DNA of 64,000 nt, from assembly GCA_046563655.1 (NCBI GenBank), contig CM102288.1, positions 3,720,001 to 3,784,000 of the forward strand, written 5' to 3'. Position numbers and translations under genes: made by a program. The notes under the pieces are model-generated. The model was not told the origin of the DNA. It did no database searches and saw only the letters and a list, made by a program, of their open reading frames with translations. The DNA comes from Yuukianura sp. NJ FZ-2021 (lineage: Eukaryota). Shown one piece after another: positions 12,801 through 26,300 of this stretch; position 1 is the stretch's first letter, and every line of letters begins with the position of its first letter.

Positions 12801-14913
12801 CTGACAATACTTCCTGGAAGGGCTCCTCTGTTGATGACCTTGACCTTGACAGTGGAACTTGTTCCAACAATGGTGTTTGGAAAAGTGAGCCAGGCAGAAG
12901 ACAGGGCAGGGTCAAACTGTTTTTGAATACATTTGACAGGAACAGAAAATCCACCGACGGGCGATTCAAACCGAATTTCTCCCGCCAAAGATTCAAATGT
13001 TTTTGGGCTAAAGGTCACGAAGAATTCGTGGGTCAATCCGGGAGAAAGTGGCGGTGGAATGTCAAATGCCACCTTCACCACATCAGTGATTGAAGGTTCT
13101 TGGTCAGCTGAGAGGTCAAGGTCAGCAGAGCGTGGTTTGAGGTCAACTAACTCTCTCAGGAAAAAACGAAGTCTCTGACCCGAGCGATTTGAAATTATGA
13201 CTCTCTTGCGGTAGGATTTTCCAAGGTCAAAGTCCTAACAACGAACAATGAGAATACAGTTAACTAAAACTTAAATTTTTGGAAAAAAATTTTAAAACAG
13301 CTTTTTTTTGAAAAGCAAGAGCACTCAAAATTTAAAGCTTACTTTGAACACAACCTCTTCCGGAGTTGCTTTGAATAAGTCCGTGCCAGGAATCGCTGTT
13401 CGAGGTGGCGATTTTGGCAAAACGTAATTGAACTTTAGACTTTTTCCATCTTCCGTCTGTCCATCTTCAAGGTCAAAGGTCAACTTTTTTGAACTTTTCG
13501 GTTTTGCAGTGGACGGTTTCTGATCTTGTGCTAGTAAAAAGTTGAACTGCGGTGTTTCCGGCTCATTTTCTAAAAAACTCCAATCTTGAATTACTTCTTC
13601 TCCAGCGCAATTTTGAGCAGCATTTCCACTCCCGCCGATTTTCAAATTTTCAAAATATTCTGCCTCCAGTTGCTTCGCTTTCAATCGTTTTTCTTTTGCT
13701 TTTGCTGCCCAAACTTGATCCAGTTCTTGTCTCAATTTTAACTTGCGTTGCTCTGCTCCCGGATCAGGGTCATTGTCCTTCCAAGGGACATTGACTTCAG
13801 TCTCCTCCTTGACTTTTTTCTTTGCAGCGATTCTTTCAGCTCGTTCCATTTCAGCGATTTTCTCCAAGATGTAAGGGTTTCCACCAGCAGCGATAATTTC
13901 TTGACGCTGCTGAGCAAGTGCTAGCTCCTTCTCCAATGCCCGTTCTCGACGTATCTTATTTGCTGCAACAACCATTTCACGCTGTTCGTCTAATTCACGT
14001 TTCAGCGTAACCAGATTATGCTTCTGACGCGCTTTACGCAGCTCCTCTTGTGTAGCAACCTCTTTCTTTTTGGCATCGATTTTCCCCAGAGTCGTTTTTC
14101 GAAATTTTCTCAAATTTTCTAAAGCGGATTTTCCAATTTTTGATTTTGGGGGGTTTAGAGCAGCGTCTTCCTGGGCACATTCTTGTTCTAAAAAATCGAA
14201 GAACTGATGAATTTGGCCCTTCAAATTTTTGAAAGTGTTGCGATGGATCGTTGCGTCACGCTCAATGCGACAACCAAATTCAAAATCTTTTCGAGTTGTG
14301 TGAATTCGGTAAATTTCGTCAATTTTTTGGTTCATTTCTAACGCGAAAGTTTGTTGCTCGATGTTAGCCAATGAGAGTGATTTCCTTTCAAAAACAATAA
14401 AAAAAAATCATGTTTCTTTGAAATTTCTAAAAAGTTGTTTCAAAATTTTGAGAACCCATACTGTGTAGCTTCCAGTTCCTCCAGGAGTGAGTCTTCTTGA
14501 CTAATCATTGCAATGAGTCTTTTGTGCTTCTCTACTTTTTCCAGTGATATCCGGCTGATCTCTTCGGAATCGTCTGTCGCTTCCAGCGACCGTTGCAAAA
14601 TGACTTGCTCTTGTGACAGCATCTGAATCTCTTCTTTGACTCTGACCAGATTTCCATGAACAGCGTCCAGACGGCGCTGGAATTCAAAAATGCTGAATTC
14701 CAGTTGATCCTTTTCACGTAAAGTTTTGCTGAGTCGAATTTGTTCAGCGATTGGGAGTTTTGGCGGTTCACGGACACCGTTGCACTTGTAGAAAGAGCTG
14801 CAGCGATTGGATGCTGGTTCGCCGCTGCCATCGTCACAGTGACCTGAACCTTGCAAAAGTTGACCTCCTCCCAGTTCGCACTCTGGAAACTTCGTAGTGA
14901 ATCCGGGAAACAT
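9829..14913 (-). CDS. CFAP74: Cilia- and flagella-associated protein 74-like (N-terminal coiled coil, then Ig-like/ASH-type domains), multi-exon
   Basis: Minus-strand ORFs 14440-14964, 13325-14371, 12407-13081, 11936-12133, 11230-11487 and 9829-10725 form one collinear series; the junctions I checked in the 5' half splice in frame. Motifs GGNPY, PEEVVFK|DFDLGKSYRKRVIISN, FDIPPPLSPGLTHEFFVTFSPK and NALRPLAPN match CFAP74. The ATG at 14913 is the first in the ORF but is not proven to be the start. Confidence 0.8.
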
Positions 14914-17348
14914 TTTGAAACAAAGCAAAGTGGCCAAAGTTTGTAAACTCTTTTTTGAAAACAAGTAGAGTTCTATGCACTTTTTATTTCAAAAAATCTT
15001 GCTGTTAAAACAATTAGCTAATAGTATGTTAATAAACGTGTAGAAATTTTCATGACGACCGTTTTAGTTGGAATTTTTGCGGGAAACTACAGATTTTTGA
15101 ATTTTGACATCCAAGAAGGTAAATAAATAAAATAGATCTCAAGAAAAAATCTAAGAATATTGATTATTAAAAAATGCGTTTTCTTAAGGAAGTTTTAGTT
15201 TTCTGGAGATGCATGTCTACGACAGTGTTCCAAAGCTATGCTTCTGCCCAATGCGTTTGTTAACAAACAACTGCGACGCGTTGGTTGAAACAAAACTGTT
15301 CAGGTTTTTCTTGATCTTTCTTTCAGTACAGAAAGTTCACAAATTGTCAAATTACACATTTTCGAAATCCATCCATTCAAACTTAGATTTTTCCATTGCT
15401 ATACATACCTGTGACGTCATTCATCAGCACAGCGATATGTGACTTCAAAATTCTGAACAATTTTGGAAAGGTAAATTATTTGATCAGAGTCGGCATTATT
15501 GAACACTTGTGATGTGGATTTTACTTTTCAAGAGTATCTAATTTCAAAAGTTTCATTTGAAACTGGATATACCTTCAACTAACCCAAGACTCCATGTTTT
15601 GTTTTATTATAATCTTTTTCGTTTTTTTGGAATTATGTTTTTCTGTGTTTCAAAATTTGAAAAGATGTAAAACCTCGAAGCGGGTGAAAATGAATAATGG
15701 ATCCAATTCCTTTGGGATTCAAATTATCCGCATTACTTTCCCCATGCCTGAGACTCTGCTGGCGACAAGCCGTCTCTCGACATACCCACAGTTATTAATC
15801 TTTTCAAAATTCTATTTATTAGTGCAAAGGTAGCAACATTTTCGAAAAAAAAAATGATTCAAAAAAATTTCATTCTCTACCTATACGATACCCGATCGGA
15901 CTTTCTAAAAAGTTCTTCACCGAAGTACGTTTCGTTTTTGTCAATTTTTTGCGGTACAAGAGTTTTAGACCAAAATTTTTAAAATTGAACATAACACGGC
16001 CATTTCAATTTTGTTTTACAATGAATTTTTTTTTGAAAAAGCGCTTAGAAAGTGTAATTTTTTCGCTGCCGTGTGGGTTGGAGACAGGAGAAGGTCGTTG
16101 TAATTTGGAGTGAAAGTAGCGTGCGAGTGCTAACCGACTGCGCCAGATTTTCCCTTAAAATGAAGTTCGTGCAAGGGAGAAAGTCCGACTCCAGTTGCCT
16201 GCTGGCGTCACACACAACATCATCTTTTCCGAAATTTTGAAACTCCAAATTTTCCAAATTCTGAAACTTCAAATTATCCCTCTCTTATTCTAAGTCACGC
16301 TTTGTAAGCTCCCAGAATTTCAAGCGTTTCAAAACTGAAATTTTATTTATTTCAACATATGCCCAAGGTGAAACTAAAAGTGAAAAATTTTCCAACTGTT
16401 GTTGTGCTTATTGACTTGATCTCGAAAAAAGTACGTAATTGACTTCCTCTTTTCCTAATTCAGTACTAAAATAGACTAAACTCTCTCGGTTTTTAGTCTA
16501 TTCAAGGTCAGGTTAACCTCATCCAGAAGCTTAACTACTACCGTAAACTTTGAAAGTGAACTTTGGTATTAGGGAGTTGTAGAAATTGATTAATTACATT
16601 CTGTGTTGGACTAAATTGCAAAGTCGAAGATCGTAAATCACGAAGAAACGAAGGAAAAAACTCAAATCCTCCGTCACATCCGATTCCAATTGACTTGGGT
16701 GAATCTTTGTAAAAAAGCGAAGCTGTGACTGGTGGAGTCGTTAAGGAATCTCCTTTGAACTTCCTGCTAAAAAAGAGATCTGTTTGAAAACAAGATGAAG
16801 AACGTGATTGGAATTAGCACGTTCAAGAAGAGCTGTTTTTCCTTGCTTCAATTCCAATTTCGTGTGAAGAAAGCAAAAGCGTGAAGAAAGAAGAAGCGTG
16901 AAGACTTATTCTCCGCCGCCTGAGCAATTACTGGTCAGTTTCTCCAAAAAACTGAAAAAAAAAGAAAAAGAAAAAAGTTATACAATTTTTCTGAATTTCG
17001 AAGATGGTGAAAGTTGGGATTGCTATGAAATGTTACATTACGTCTTAAATTTCTGTTAGGTTAAGGGTTAGAGTAAGGCTATGCTGTAGATTTATGGATA
17101 GTTAGGATTTGGAATTAGATTTTAGTTTTTATTTCCCCAGTGAGAGAAAGTGGTAATAAAATGATAGAACTTTTCTATTACTTATTATTGACTTGATAGA
17201 AAACGTGGTGAGACAGGACTAGCGAGAGAGAAAAGTTACAACCCAAAAACTTCATTTTGATGTCACTTTGATTGGATCTCAACTTTCTTTTCTTTTCTTG
17301 TCTCTAGGAGGATTCGAACCCCCTGCTCCGCCTTCCCCAATTAAGTTA

Positions 17349-20300
17349 ATGGACAACTGGGTCTCAGCCCGTGTCCACGTTCTGGACAACACGACTGGAC
17401 ATGACATCGAAGTCCTCACAGAAAATGGAATCATGTCACTCGCAGTCGTCCTTGGCAGCTCCCTGTCCCTCGTGGGCCTCGTCTTTGCGTTCATCACTTA
17501 CAGGTGAGGTGTCAGCTTACCAATCAACTCTTAATTACATGTGACTGAGTTTAGCTAAACAAACAAGTTAAGAGATACATGTGAATGCTGAAAAAATTCA
17601 CAAGTTTGATTTGAAAACTACTATTACAAAAATTCAAAAATTTCATTTCAAAAACTACTTATTACAAAAATTTTGGGATTTGTTTGAGATTTTGAATTAT
17701 GAATTTCACCTTTTGTAGAAGAAAAAAAAAGAAAACATTTTCTGTTCTTTTTTGCTTGCTTTTTTTCCTTGCATTCTCTTCCGGCTTTCTCTCAACTGTA
17801 TTTTGATGAAGAAAAATGATAACGGCCGAACTACAACAAATAATTCATGTCGTTACTCATACAAAGAAAAAAGCGGCAGGAAAAACGCAGAAACTTTCTC
17901 TCTTTCTCATGTTTCCCCAAAAACCTGAAGCTATAAAAACTTACAAACTCTACTTATGATGGGCGTCATAAAATGGTAATTTAGTCAAAAAAAAAAATCT
18001 GCAACTTGCAAACCTAAATTTACATTTTGAATGAAAAAGAGGAAAAATTGTGCTTTTGAAAGGAATTTTGATTTTGAAAGTAAAGTACTTGGGGAGAAGT
18101 GCACCATAAAAAACAGGAAATTGTGTTGAATTTTTTTTAATCAAATTTTGATTTGGCCTGTAAAACGATTTAATTCAACCGTCAAATCCAGATTTCCTGG
18201 GGAAGCACCAGAATTTTTTTTTCTTACTTTCACTTTTTAGCATCCAGATTGAAACAGTGCTACTAAAATTTCCGTTTTCTATTTTTTCAAAAGAAAGCGG
18301 CCATATTTTTTATGATCCTTTTAAATGTAGTCTCATCTTATTTTTTAAGCACAAGGTGATGGCACTTTTGCACTTAAGTATAACAATCGCTTGTTTCTTT
18401 TGCAAACGTAACGTCGGCACGCCATTGGTCCAAATGGAGATCACATGAACCTTGCCGTTGGCGTGTCAATGGTTATGTATTCTGCCCAAACTTTGAACAA
18501 ATGGAGTATAAATTTTAGTTTGGTTGGAAATAGTCGTCTTAACTTTAGTTTTCTTAGAATTTATGGAATTGGTTTTGAAAGTTTATGAGGTCAGGAGAGC
18601 ATAATGGTCCATTAAGGGCTTCACCACCTCTTTTCACCTCAGCCTAACCTTAGGTTTAGCCTTAATTCTCCGGTTGGGATTATGTTGGCAACCTAATTCT
18701 AGCCTAACATAAAACCTGTTCAAGTTTGGACACTTAGGATTTCGCAGCCTGAAAGGCAGAGAGGCCCTAAAAGCTCTTCGATGTCGTTTGGCCATTGTGT
18801 TTGTATTGTTAGTTTCACCGTAACAGAGAAAGTTAATGCACAATGGGAATGATCACATTGTCAAATATCTCTGTCAATTGTTCCCTAGACAAAACCATAA
18901 GACCCATAACTCACAAAACCCAAAGCCAAACTCAAAACATAACCTTAGCCTAACCCAAAACTAACCTGGAAAACTCAAAACCTTCCAGAACTTGGTCTTA
19001 GTTCAGGAAATAATGGGGGATCATAACTTTTTGTAGTTCCTTCTGCACTGAGATAATGCTTGGTGGCCATAGCCATAACGTTGAGAAACTTAATGAGATG
19101 TTTTAGGCTTCATAATTCTCACAAACCATTAACTTTCTCCACTTTCACTCTCTGCTTCCTCTAGATAAAGCAATTCAAAAAAACGCAGTTTGCTAAAAAC
19201 TATTTTGAAAAAATTGGTCTAAAAAGCTTAACGTTCTGCTGCGTTGTCGTGGTTCATAGATCTAAACGTAGAACTTTTTTTTGAAAGTTTCATTTTTTTC
19301 AATTTAATTTTTTTTGCTTTCTCCACCAAATTAAATTTCCATGTTACCTAGTTGCAATTTTTCCAGTTGGATTCTTTCATTTCAAGATTTCTCCAAATCT
19401 CCTTTTTTTCCTCCCAATTTTGCATTTTCCTGACCGCACTGATTCCCAACTACTGATCAAAATTCGTGATGTCAGCAAGTAAGAAATTTTTTACTCTTTT
19501 TTTCAAAAAGAAAGAAGAAGATTATTTGCACAAGGGAGAAGGAAGAACCATATTCTCGCTTTTTCTTTCAAAATCTGGAGAAATGAAAAATACATGAAAG
19601 AGAACGTTGCCTTGGCTTTGGGGAATTGAAGCGGCAAAACCCAAAGCCTTATAAGCTCTCCCATTTACCTCAAAATCCACAGCTTTTTTTCACAATTTTG
19701 TCTCTTTTCATAAAAAAGTTTAAAAAGGTGAACCTAAAATTTTGATTTTGTGTCTCTCCTTTTATGAAAAAACCGTAAAAAGAAGAGAAAGTGAAAAGAC
19801 GGAAGACGAGTCTTGGTCCATGTGTGGCTTCCCACCTGAAATTGAAGTTAGGGTGCTAGGTTAGGCGTGAGGTTGGGTGAAAGGAGCCGTAAAACGTTAG
19901 GTTAGGGTTAGGTTAATCAAAACGAAATTGAAAGCTTTTCTTTGGTCCTCGTGTGAAGATGGAAGTTCAATTGAAAAATCGTGTCAAATGCTAAGTATGA
20001 AAAGGTGACGAAAATCAAAAATTGGGATTTTGGATACACTTTTTTATTTTCGTTGGTGAAAGCAAGCACGGGCTGAAGCCCTTCAAAATTTAATTTCCAC
20101 TTTTTTGAAATTTTGGACTAAAGCTGCATTTTAGTCTGTCGAACAAATGCAAAATTGTCCTTACTGCAATCAATTTTTTTTCAAAATCGATCACCTCAAA
20201 GTTCCGCAAAAATTGGAGCAACTCAATTTCGTAGCTGGTTTAAGGTGAAAAAAAAATTGCTTAATTTCGGGAATTTTTTGTGAGACTTTTACTCGCGCCG

Positions 20301-23300
20301 TCAATTTTTGTGGTTTCCTTTGTATTTCAAAATTCAAAAACTTTTGTAATAAAAAAAAACTCGGGATAATTTGAGTGCTGAGCGCTATCTGGAGAATTCA
20401 AATCTACTAGACTTAGAAAAGATCAAAGCTTTTCCAGCACGTTTTATTTTCTTTTTCGAACTTTTTGTTTTCAAAAAACTTGATCTTGATGTAAAAATTC
20501 TGAGAACATGAGGAAGGTGATGGTGGTTGGTGTTTGAATTAAGGTGGAAGATCCAGGAGGAAAACTTTCACAATTCGATGCTAATTACGAAACTTTCTTT
20601 GTTTTATTTACATTTCCCGCCTTTCCGAAAAACTCAAGCCCAAACAAACTCAAATATGAGAAAAGTTTGTACCAACTGCCGCGCTTTTCTAGCACAAAAT
20701 TTCTACTCACACTTCCACTAAAACTCTGCTACTTAAAATCCTACAACTTCTAAGCCTTTTGTTTCATTTCTTAGCAACAACATCCCACAATCGCCCACCT
20801 AAACCTGACTTACGACTTTCACTTTTTACGCTAGAAAAGTTCAAATTAAGTACTAAATTTTTTTGGTCAACATCCTACTTCCCTTAATCCTTACACAGCT
20901 TCATAATCCCAGAATACAGCCTAATTTCAAAATTTATTTGCTTTTACCAAAAAACATTTTTTTTTGCTTTTTGAAAAACATAAAAACGTTGAAATAGTAA
21001 GGTTAACATATTACGGTTGTTACAACAGAGTTTATACTGAGTCCCAAGGGAACGCTGGAGCAGCCCCATTGGTGTTTGAGTGGATCGAGCGCTTCCAGCG
21101 TCTCTAGCGCTGCACATCGCTTAGCCAAAATTACACGCTCCAGCCATAATTTAGCGTGGATCTTCCTTTTGATCTCTTGGGTACTGTCATGGCGGCCAAA
21201 AATAAAGATTTTGCAGAATTTGGCGCGCAAAGTCAAAATTTCTGGAGAGTTCCGGCTACTGTGCCCTGCGGAAGCGAAAGTTTCCTGAGGGACTCTCACT
21301 GCTGATGCTCAGGAATTATCAGTTCAGGCACATTTAGCCTTGAGGAGAGAAGGGAGTTGACCCCCACCTCAAAGAAAGTGGGTGCGGGGCTTTTAAGAAG
21401 TGGAATTTGAGCGTACTTTCTCTTTTGAAGTGACTTTCACTCTTAATGGTAAACATTTTAGCTCTGTGGGAAGCTTTTTGGCTAATTTGGGTTAAAGCGA
21501 AAGTTCTTCGTGGGACATTTGAGAACTTCAAATCAAATATTGATAAGTCCACTTTCAGAAGGAGATAGAAGGAATGCTCAAGTTTAGTTTTTTTAGGTTA
21601 AGGTTAGGTTTTATAGATTAGGTGAGGTTTACTTTTATGTTATTAGGTTAGGGTGGTCCGTTTTAGGTTCTGGACGGGAGTCCAATAGCCAAGTTGCCTG
21701 TGGTGAGTATCCAATGATTGAAGTGAATGATTGATGATGATGGGTTGAAAAGGAAAACACGCCAATCTGGTCTAGCCAATTTCGCCGCTGCCAAAAGCAC
21801 AATGTCTTCCAACCTTCTCACCTTCTTACAAAAAAAAATCCATAACAGTTTTCAAAAATTGGAAAAAAAAAATCCTTTCAAAATCTCCTCGCAATTTTTT
21901 TTTCCAATTTCATTTTGGCCCAAATGAAAAATCGTTGAATTTTGTATTCTCTGCATACGTTTTTGAGGTATTCAGAAAACTAAAAGCCTTGCTTCTCCGG
22001 AAAAAAATTCAAATTTTGCAAAGTCTTCATTTCCATCATAACAGGATTTGTCTATTTAAAATAATTTAAGCCCCTCCAACAAAAACCTGAATACAAATCT
22101 CCCGTCTTGCTCTTTAAGCATCTTTATCCAGCAGCAGAAGAGGCTTAGAGTTGACAGCCGAAATAATGACAGCCTTCTTGTTATGCTCCTCTTGTACTTT
22201 TTTGAAAAATACTCGAAAAAATATTTTCAGAAAAACTTGTTCAGAAGACTCAAGCTTCAGTTCTCAGAAACCCATTTTTAGCAAAAATTTTTAACTCAAA
22301 CAAGGAAGAAAAAGAGTGAAAGAAAGTTTCATGTTTTTTGTTTTTTTTTTCATTTTGAATTCTGCATAACTTTTAAGGTTTCAGGAAGTGAAAGTTCAGC
22401 TAGTGAAGTTTTGTTTCGAATTTTTGAGAGATAAGTATAGAACAAGCCTAAATTTTGAAAAATTAGACACATTTCAAATTATTTTTTGTTTAAAACGTTC
22501 ATTTTTCGTGTCCACTGATGCAAATTGGGATAATTTGAGACTTGAGTATGATAAATTGTGAGTTGTGGAGAATAATGGTAGTACTTGTTCTTGTGGGTTC
22601 TTAAGGAAGATAATGAATGAGGATGCTTTCTCCGCCTACTTTCACTTTCGTGCCCAAATGAGCCCAAAGTCCCAACTACTAAAAGAAAACTAAAGTTTTT
22701 TAGACAGACAAGAAAAATTGAAACTTTTTTGTAGTCACTGGAGCCTTTCTGCCCCAGAAAACGTGTTCTCTGTTGCCTTCTGCTCGAAATGAGCCAAAAT
22801 TCGGTCGAAGTAACCCTGGGCTCCCCGCCTGTACCCACCCGTCCAAATTTTCGCGCTGCTCTGATGCGAAAATTTGAGCAAGTGGGTACAGACAGTCCAA
22901 GTTTACTTCAACCCAGAAATCTTTTTAAAAAAGTAGACTGGGAGCATTAGACCATAAAGTAATGCCGATTCTGCAATTCTTTTAGGTTGGTTTTTATGTT
23001 GAAAGTAAGAAAGGCTAAATCCGGACGGAAAGTATTTTTTACAACATGTTTTTTGAGTAAACTGAGCTACTTTCACCAAACGACTTGATTGATGTTTTGT
23101 GATTTGACGGCAACTGATGGATCACTTTATTTCAACTTGCTTCCGTTTGCACAAATAAAAACAGCACAAAACCTTGCAAAAAAAAGTCCGAAAATTTTAC
23201 GAATCCAACACTTTTCGAAAGAAAGAAACTTGATCAAAGTGAAAATTGTTATTGGAGAAATCGAACTTTGCTAAATATCTTGCAAGTTGCGAAAATTGAT

Positions 23301-26300
23301 TGTCTTGTTTTTGACATGACGGCTGTCTTGGTGTGGGTCACTTTGCAATTAAAAATTGAAAAGTCCGATATTTCGGACTTGGCAATTTCGGAATGTCTGG
23401 AATATTTTTTTAACTATCGCGTGTCCAATTTAAGTGGACCTTGAGCTTGTCATTTGTGAAATCGGTGACTGAAGGACGTGTCCTTCCAGCCTGGATTCCT
23501 ATTCGTTTAAAGTAGTTTATAGCGCCCAATTTTGTGCTTGGAAGCATCCTAGTTTACTTGTTTGCATCTAAATTATGGAGCTGCTCAAGTGGCCTCCATT
23601 TCTGTGGACAGGAGGAAATTGCCACTTCACGTTCTGCATGGTCACCAACACTTTTAAAGAAAAAGTCTAACTGGTCGATACGTCTCCATGTCCAGAGCAT
23701 CGTCCATCGTCCATTTTCTACAATTGAGTCCTAGGCAATTCCATCGTTCCGTTTTTTCCAACTCAATGTCAATCCATGCCTCCAGTGCAGACTCATTTTC
23801 ACAGACAGCAAAACAGTCAATAACAAACTAACCAACAAAAAAATATTTGACCCGTTTTCGTTTCAATTTTCAGTCGAACTCGGATTCGGAATTGGTATGG
23901 ATATTGTTGGTCATTTTGCTGTTGACCTTGTTGCTGTATAACGCTTTTCCTCTTGCTGAATTGAAATGGAAACCACAGGTGGACATTTCATGGGTTGAGC
24001 TGCTTTCTCCTGGGAGAAAACAAAGCCATGTAGTAAACTGCCCGTTTCAGTCGACTGGAAACTTTAATTTCACGGAACCACGCCGCCTAATCTCCAACTC
24101 CCCATCTGCTCCACACTTCAAGCATAAACCTAACTTAAACCTAACTTAACCACGTCAATCACAATCTAACAAAACACTCAAACACTTATGGTCAATACTA
24201 TACAGATGCTGCTAAACACACAAGCATATGGTCACACGTTCACACGCTCTGCCAAAACAATTGCAATTTACTGCTTCAGCAGTTTTCCAATTTTCTAAAT
24301 TTTCCAATCGTTTCACTTTTCAAGTCTCGCGCTGCGCGAAAATCTTCCGCTTCAGTAATGCAAAAAACAAGAGTGTTTGTTTTCTAAGAAACTAAAAAAA
24401 TGATGGTTTTGTGTTTTTGAAAACAGTAAAAATGCTGAGTGTATGTTTTTGAAAAAAGTAGAAATGAGGAGCTTTTTGGAAAAGAGAGAAATCCGAAAGT
24501 TATTAAAATGGAAAGCAAGGCTCGCGGGAAAAGAGAAAGCACGGATGAGCAATCAAGTGGAGCTTGGTCCAATATTTTTTTTTTGGTATGTCTGTTTTTG
24601 CTATTCCGCCTGAATTTTGTCAATATGGACCTCATACTGGTTGGTGAAAGGCAGAATTGCCAAGTGTTCTTTCCATCTGTTTCACCCGTGAAAAGTCGAG
24701 TGGCCAAACAATACAATTCCAGCACTCTATCCACTTTTCCTGTCACTCCTCATTCCTTTGCTTCACCAACTCCGAAACCGGCTCTTTTCTTGAATTTTGC
24801 CACCGTCTTTTCTCAGAAATTGTCTTTTTTCTTTCCTTTTTTCTAGTTTCAGCCACGAGCAAGTAATAAAGGCCCGAACGAGGAGGAGAAGGGCAAACAG
24901 AGTGAAAAAAATAAAGAAAAGAATCCGTTTTTAGGAGATTTTTATTGAAAAAAAGTCATTCTCTGTTTCGATTCAATTCAGAGTTCGTCCACTTTCTCCA
25001 TTTTGTGCTGATGGTTACAAAAGAGAAAGTGTACAGTGTGTCCCAGTTGAAGGGTGGAACAGAACATACGGTTTTACACAATGAAATTGAATCCAAAGTC
25101 AGAGGAGATTCAGAAGGCTTTAAGCTAACAATGGGACAGGAGGAAATTGGAATTTGGGATTAACTTTTACTACTCCTCCCTCCAACATCTCACAATCTCA
25201 ACACAAAACTTTCAATCTCCTCTTGTCTAACTTAAGACTTAAAGGTTTACCACGAATTTTCTAATTTTGGAAAATCCTGTTCGGTTTTTCAAAAAAAAGG
25301 ATGGTGTTTGATTTCTCTTTTCTTTTAACAATGTCCAAAACGGTATACAAAAAAAAACTGTCAGTGGAAGTTGGAGAAAGTTGATTTTTTTTTGAAAACA
25401 TGTTTTCAAAAAGTGTGTTCTGAGAGATCAAGAGTTGATTAAGAAAGCTTCCGAGTTGCTTATGCAAAGTTTGTTGTAAATTAGGAAGTTGTTAGATTTT
25501 TCGTTTTTGAGTAATTGCAAAACTTTCACTTTGACTTTCATATTTGACTTTTGCTTATTCCTCTCGTTTGGGTTCAATTAAGTTGCTAGTTAGCTCCGTA
25601 GAAGATGTTTTCTGAAAAGTTGAAGTTTTAAAAGTGACAGGCCAATTAGAATTCAGGAAACTGTACCCTGTATTTTCTAAACACCTAAAGTAGGCAACAT
25701 TTTGAAATGTTTTGATTTTTGGCAAGAATTGAACTGAAACCTGACTTTTACTTAATTAGTCCAAAGCAACTAATACAGTCTGAATAATTAAAATTTTGGA
25801 TTTTGCTTTTAGTTTGTTTTCAGATCTGCGGAGTGCTGCAGGAACTACTTTGCTGAACTTGTTGGCTTCTCTCTTCCTCACTCAACTGCTGTTCGTCGTG
25901 GGCGCAGGCGGTGTACAGGTAATTAAATGCAACCTTAATTAAGTCACAGGGTTAAAACCAACCCAGGCAGAAGGGTACATAAGGGTACACATTCGTTCAG
26001 AATCAAAATCAAACAGATTCCACCACAAACACAATTTTAACCTAACTTTCTACCTCTATGCTTTCCAAAATCAAACAAACCAAATGGAAGCAGATGCAAC
26101 CACCTTGACTTGGCCTCAATTCAACCACTTCCCACGCTTTCTCTTCATCCATTTCATTAACTTTCTCTACACTTCACTCCTAACCTAACTTCCTAACACA
26201 GTCAAAATTTCATACCAACCAAAATTTTCCTGAGAGTGTAAGGTTGGTCTGGCTAGTTTTTGGTTAGTTATGTCAGTTTTTGAACTTTTGGAAAGTGGGA

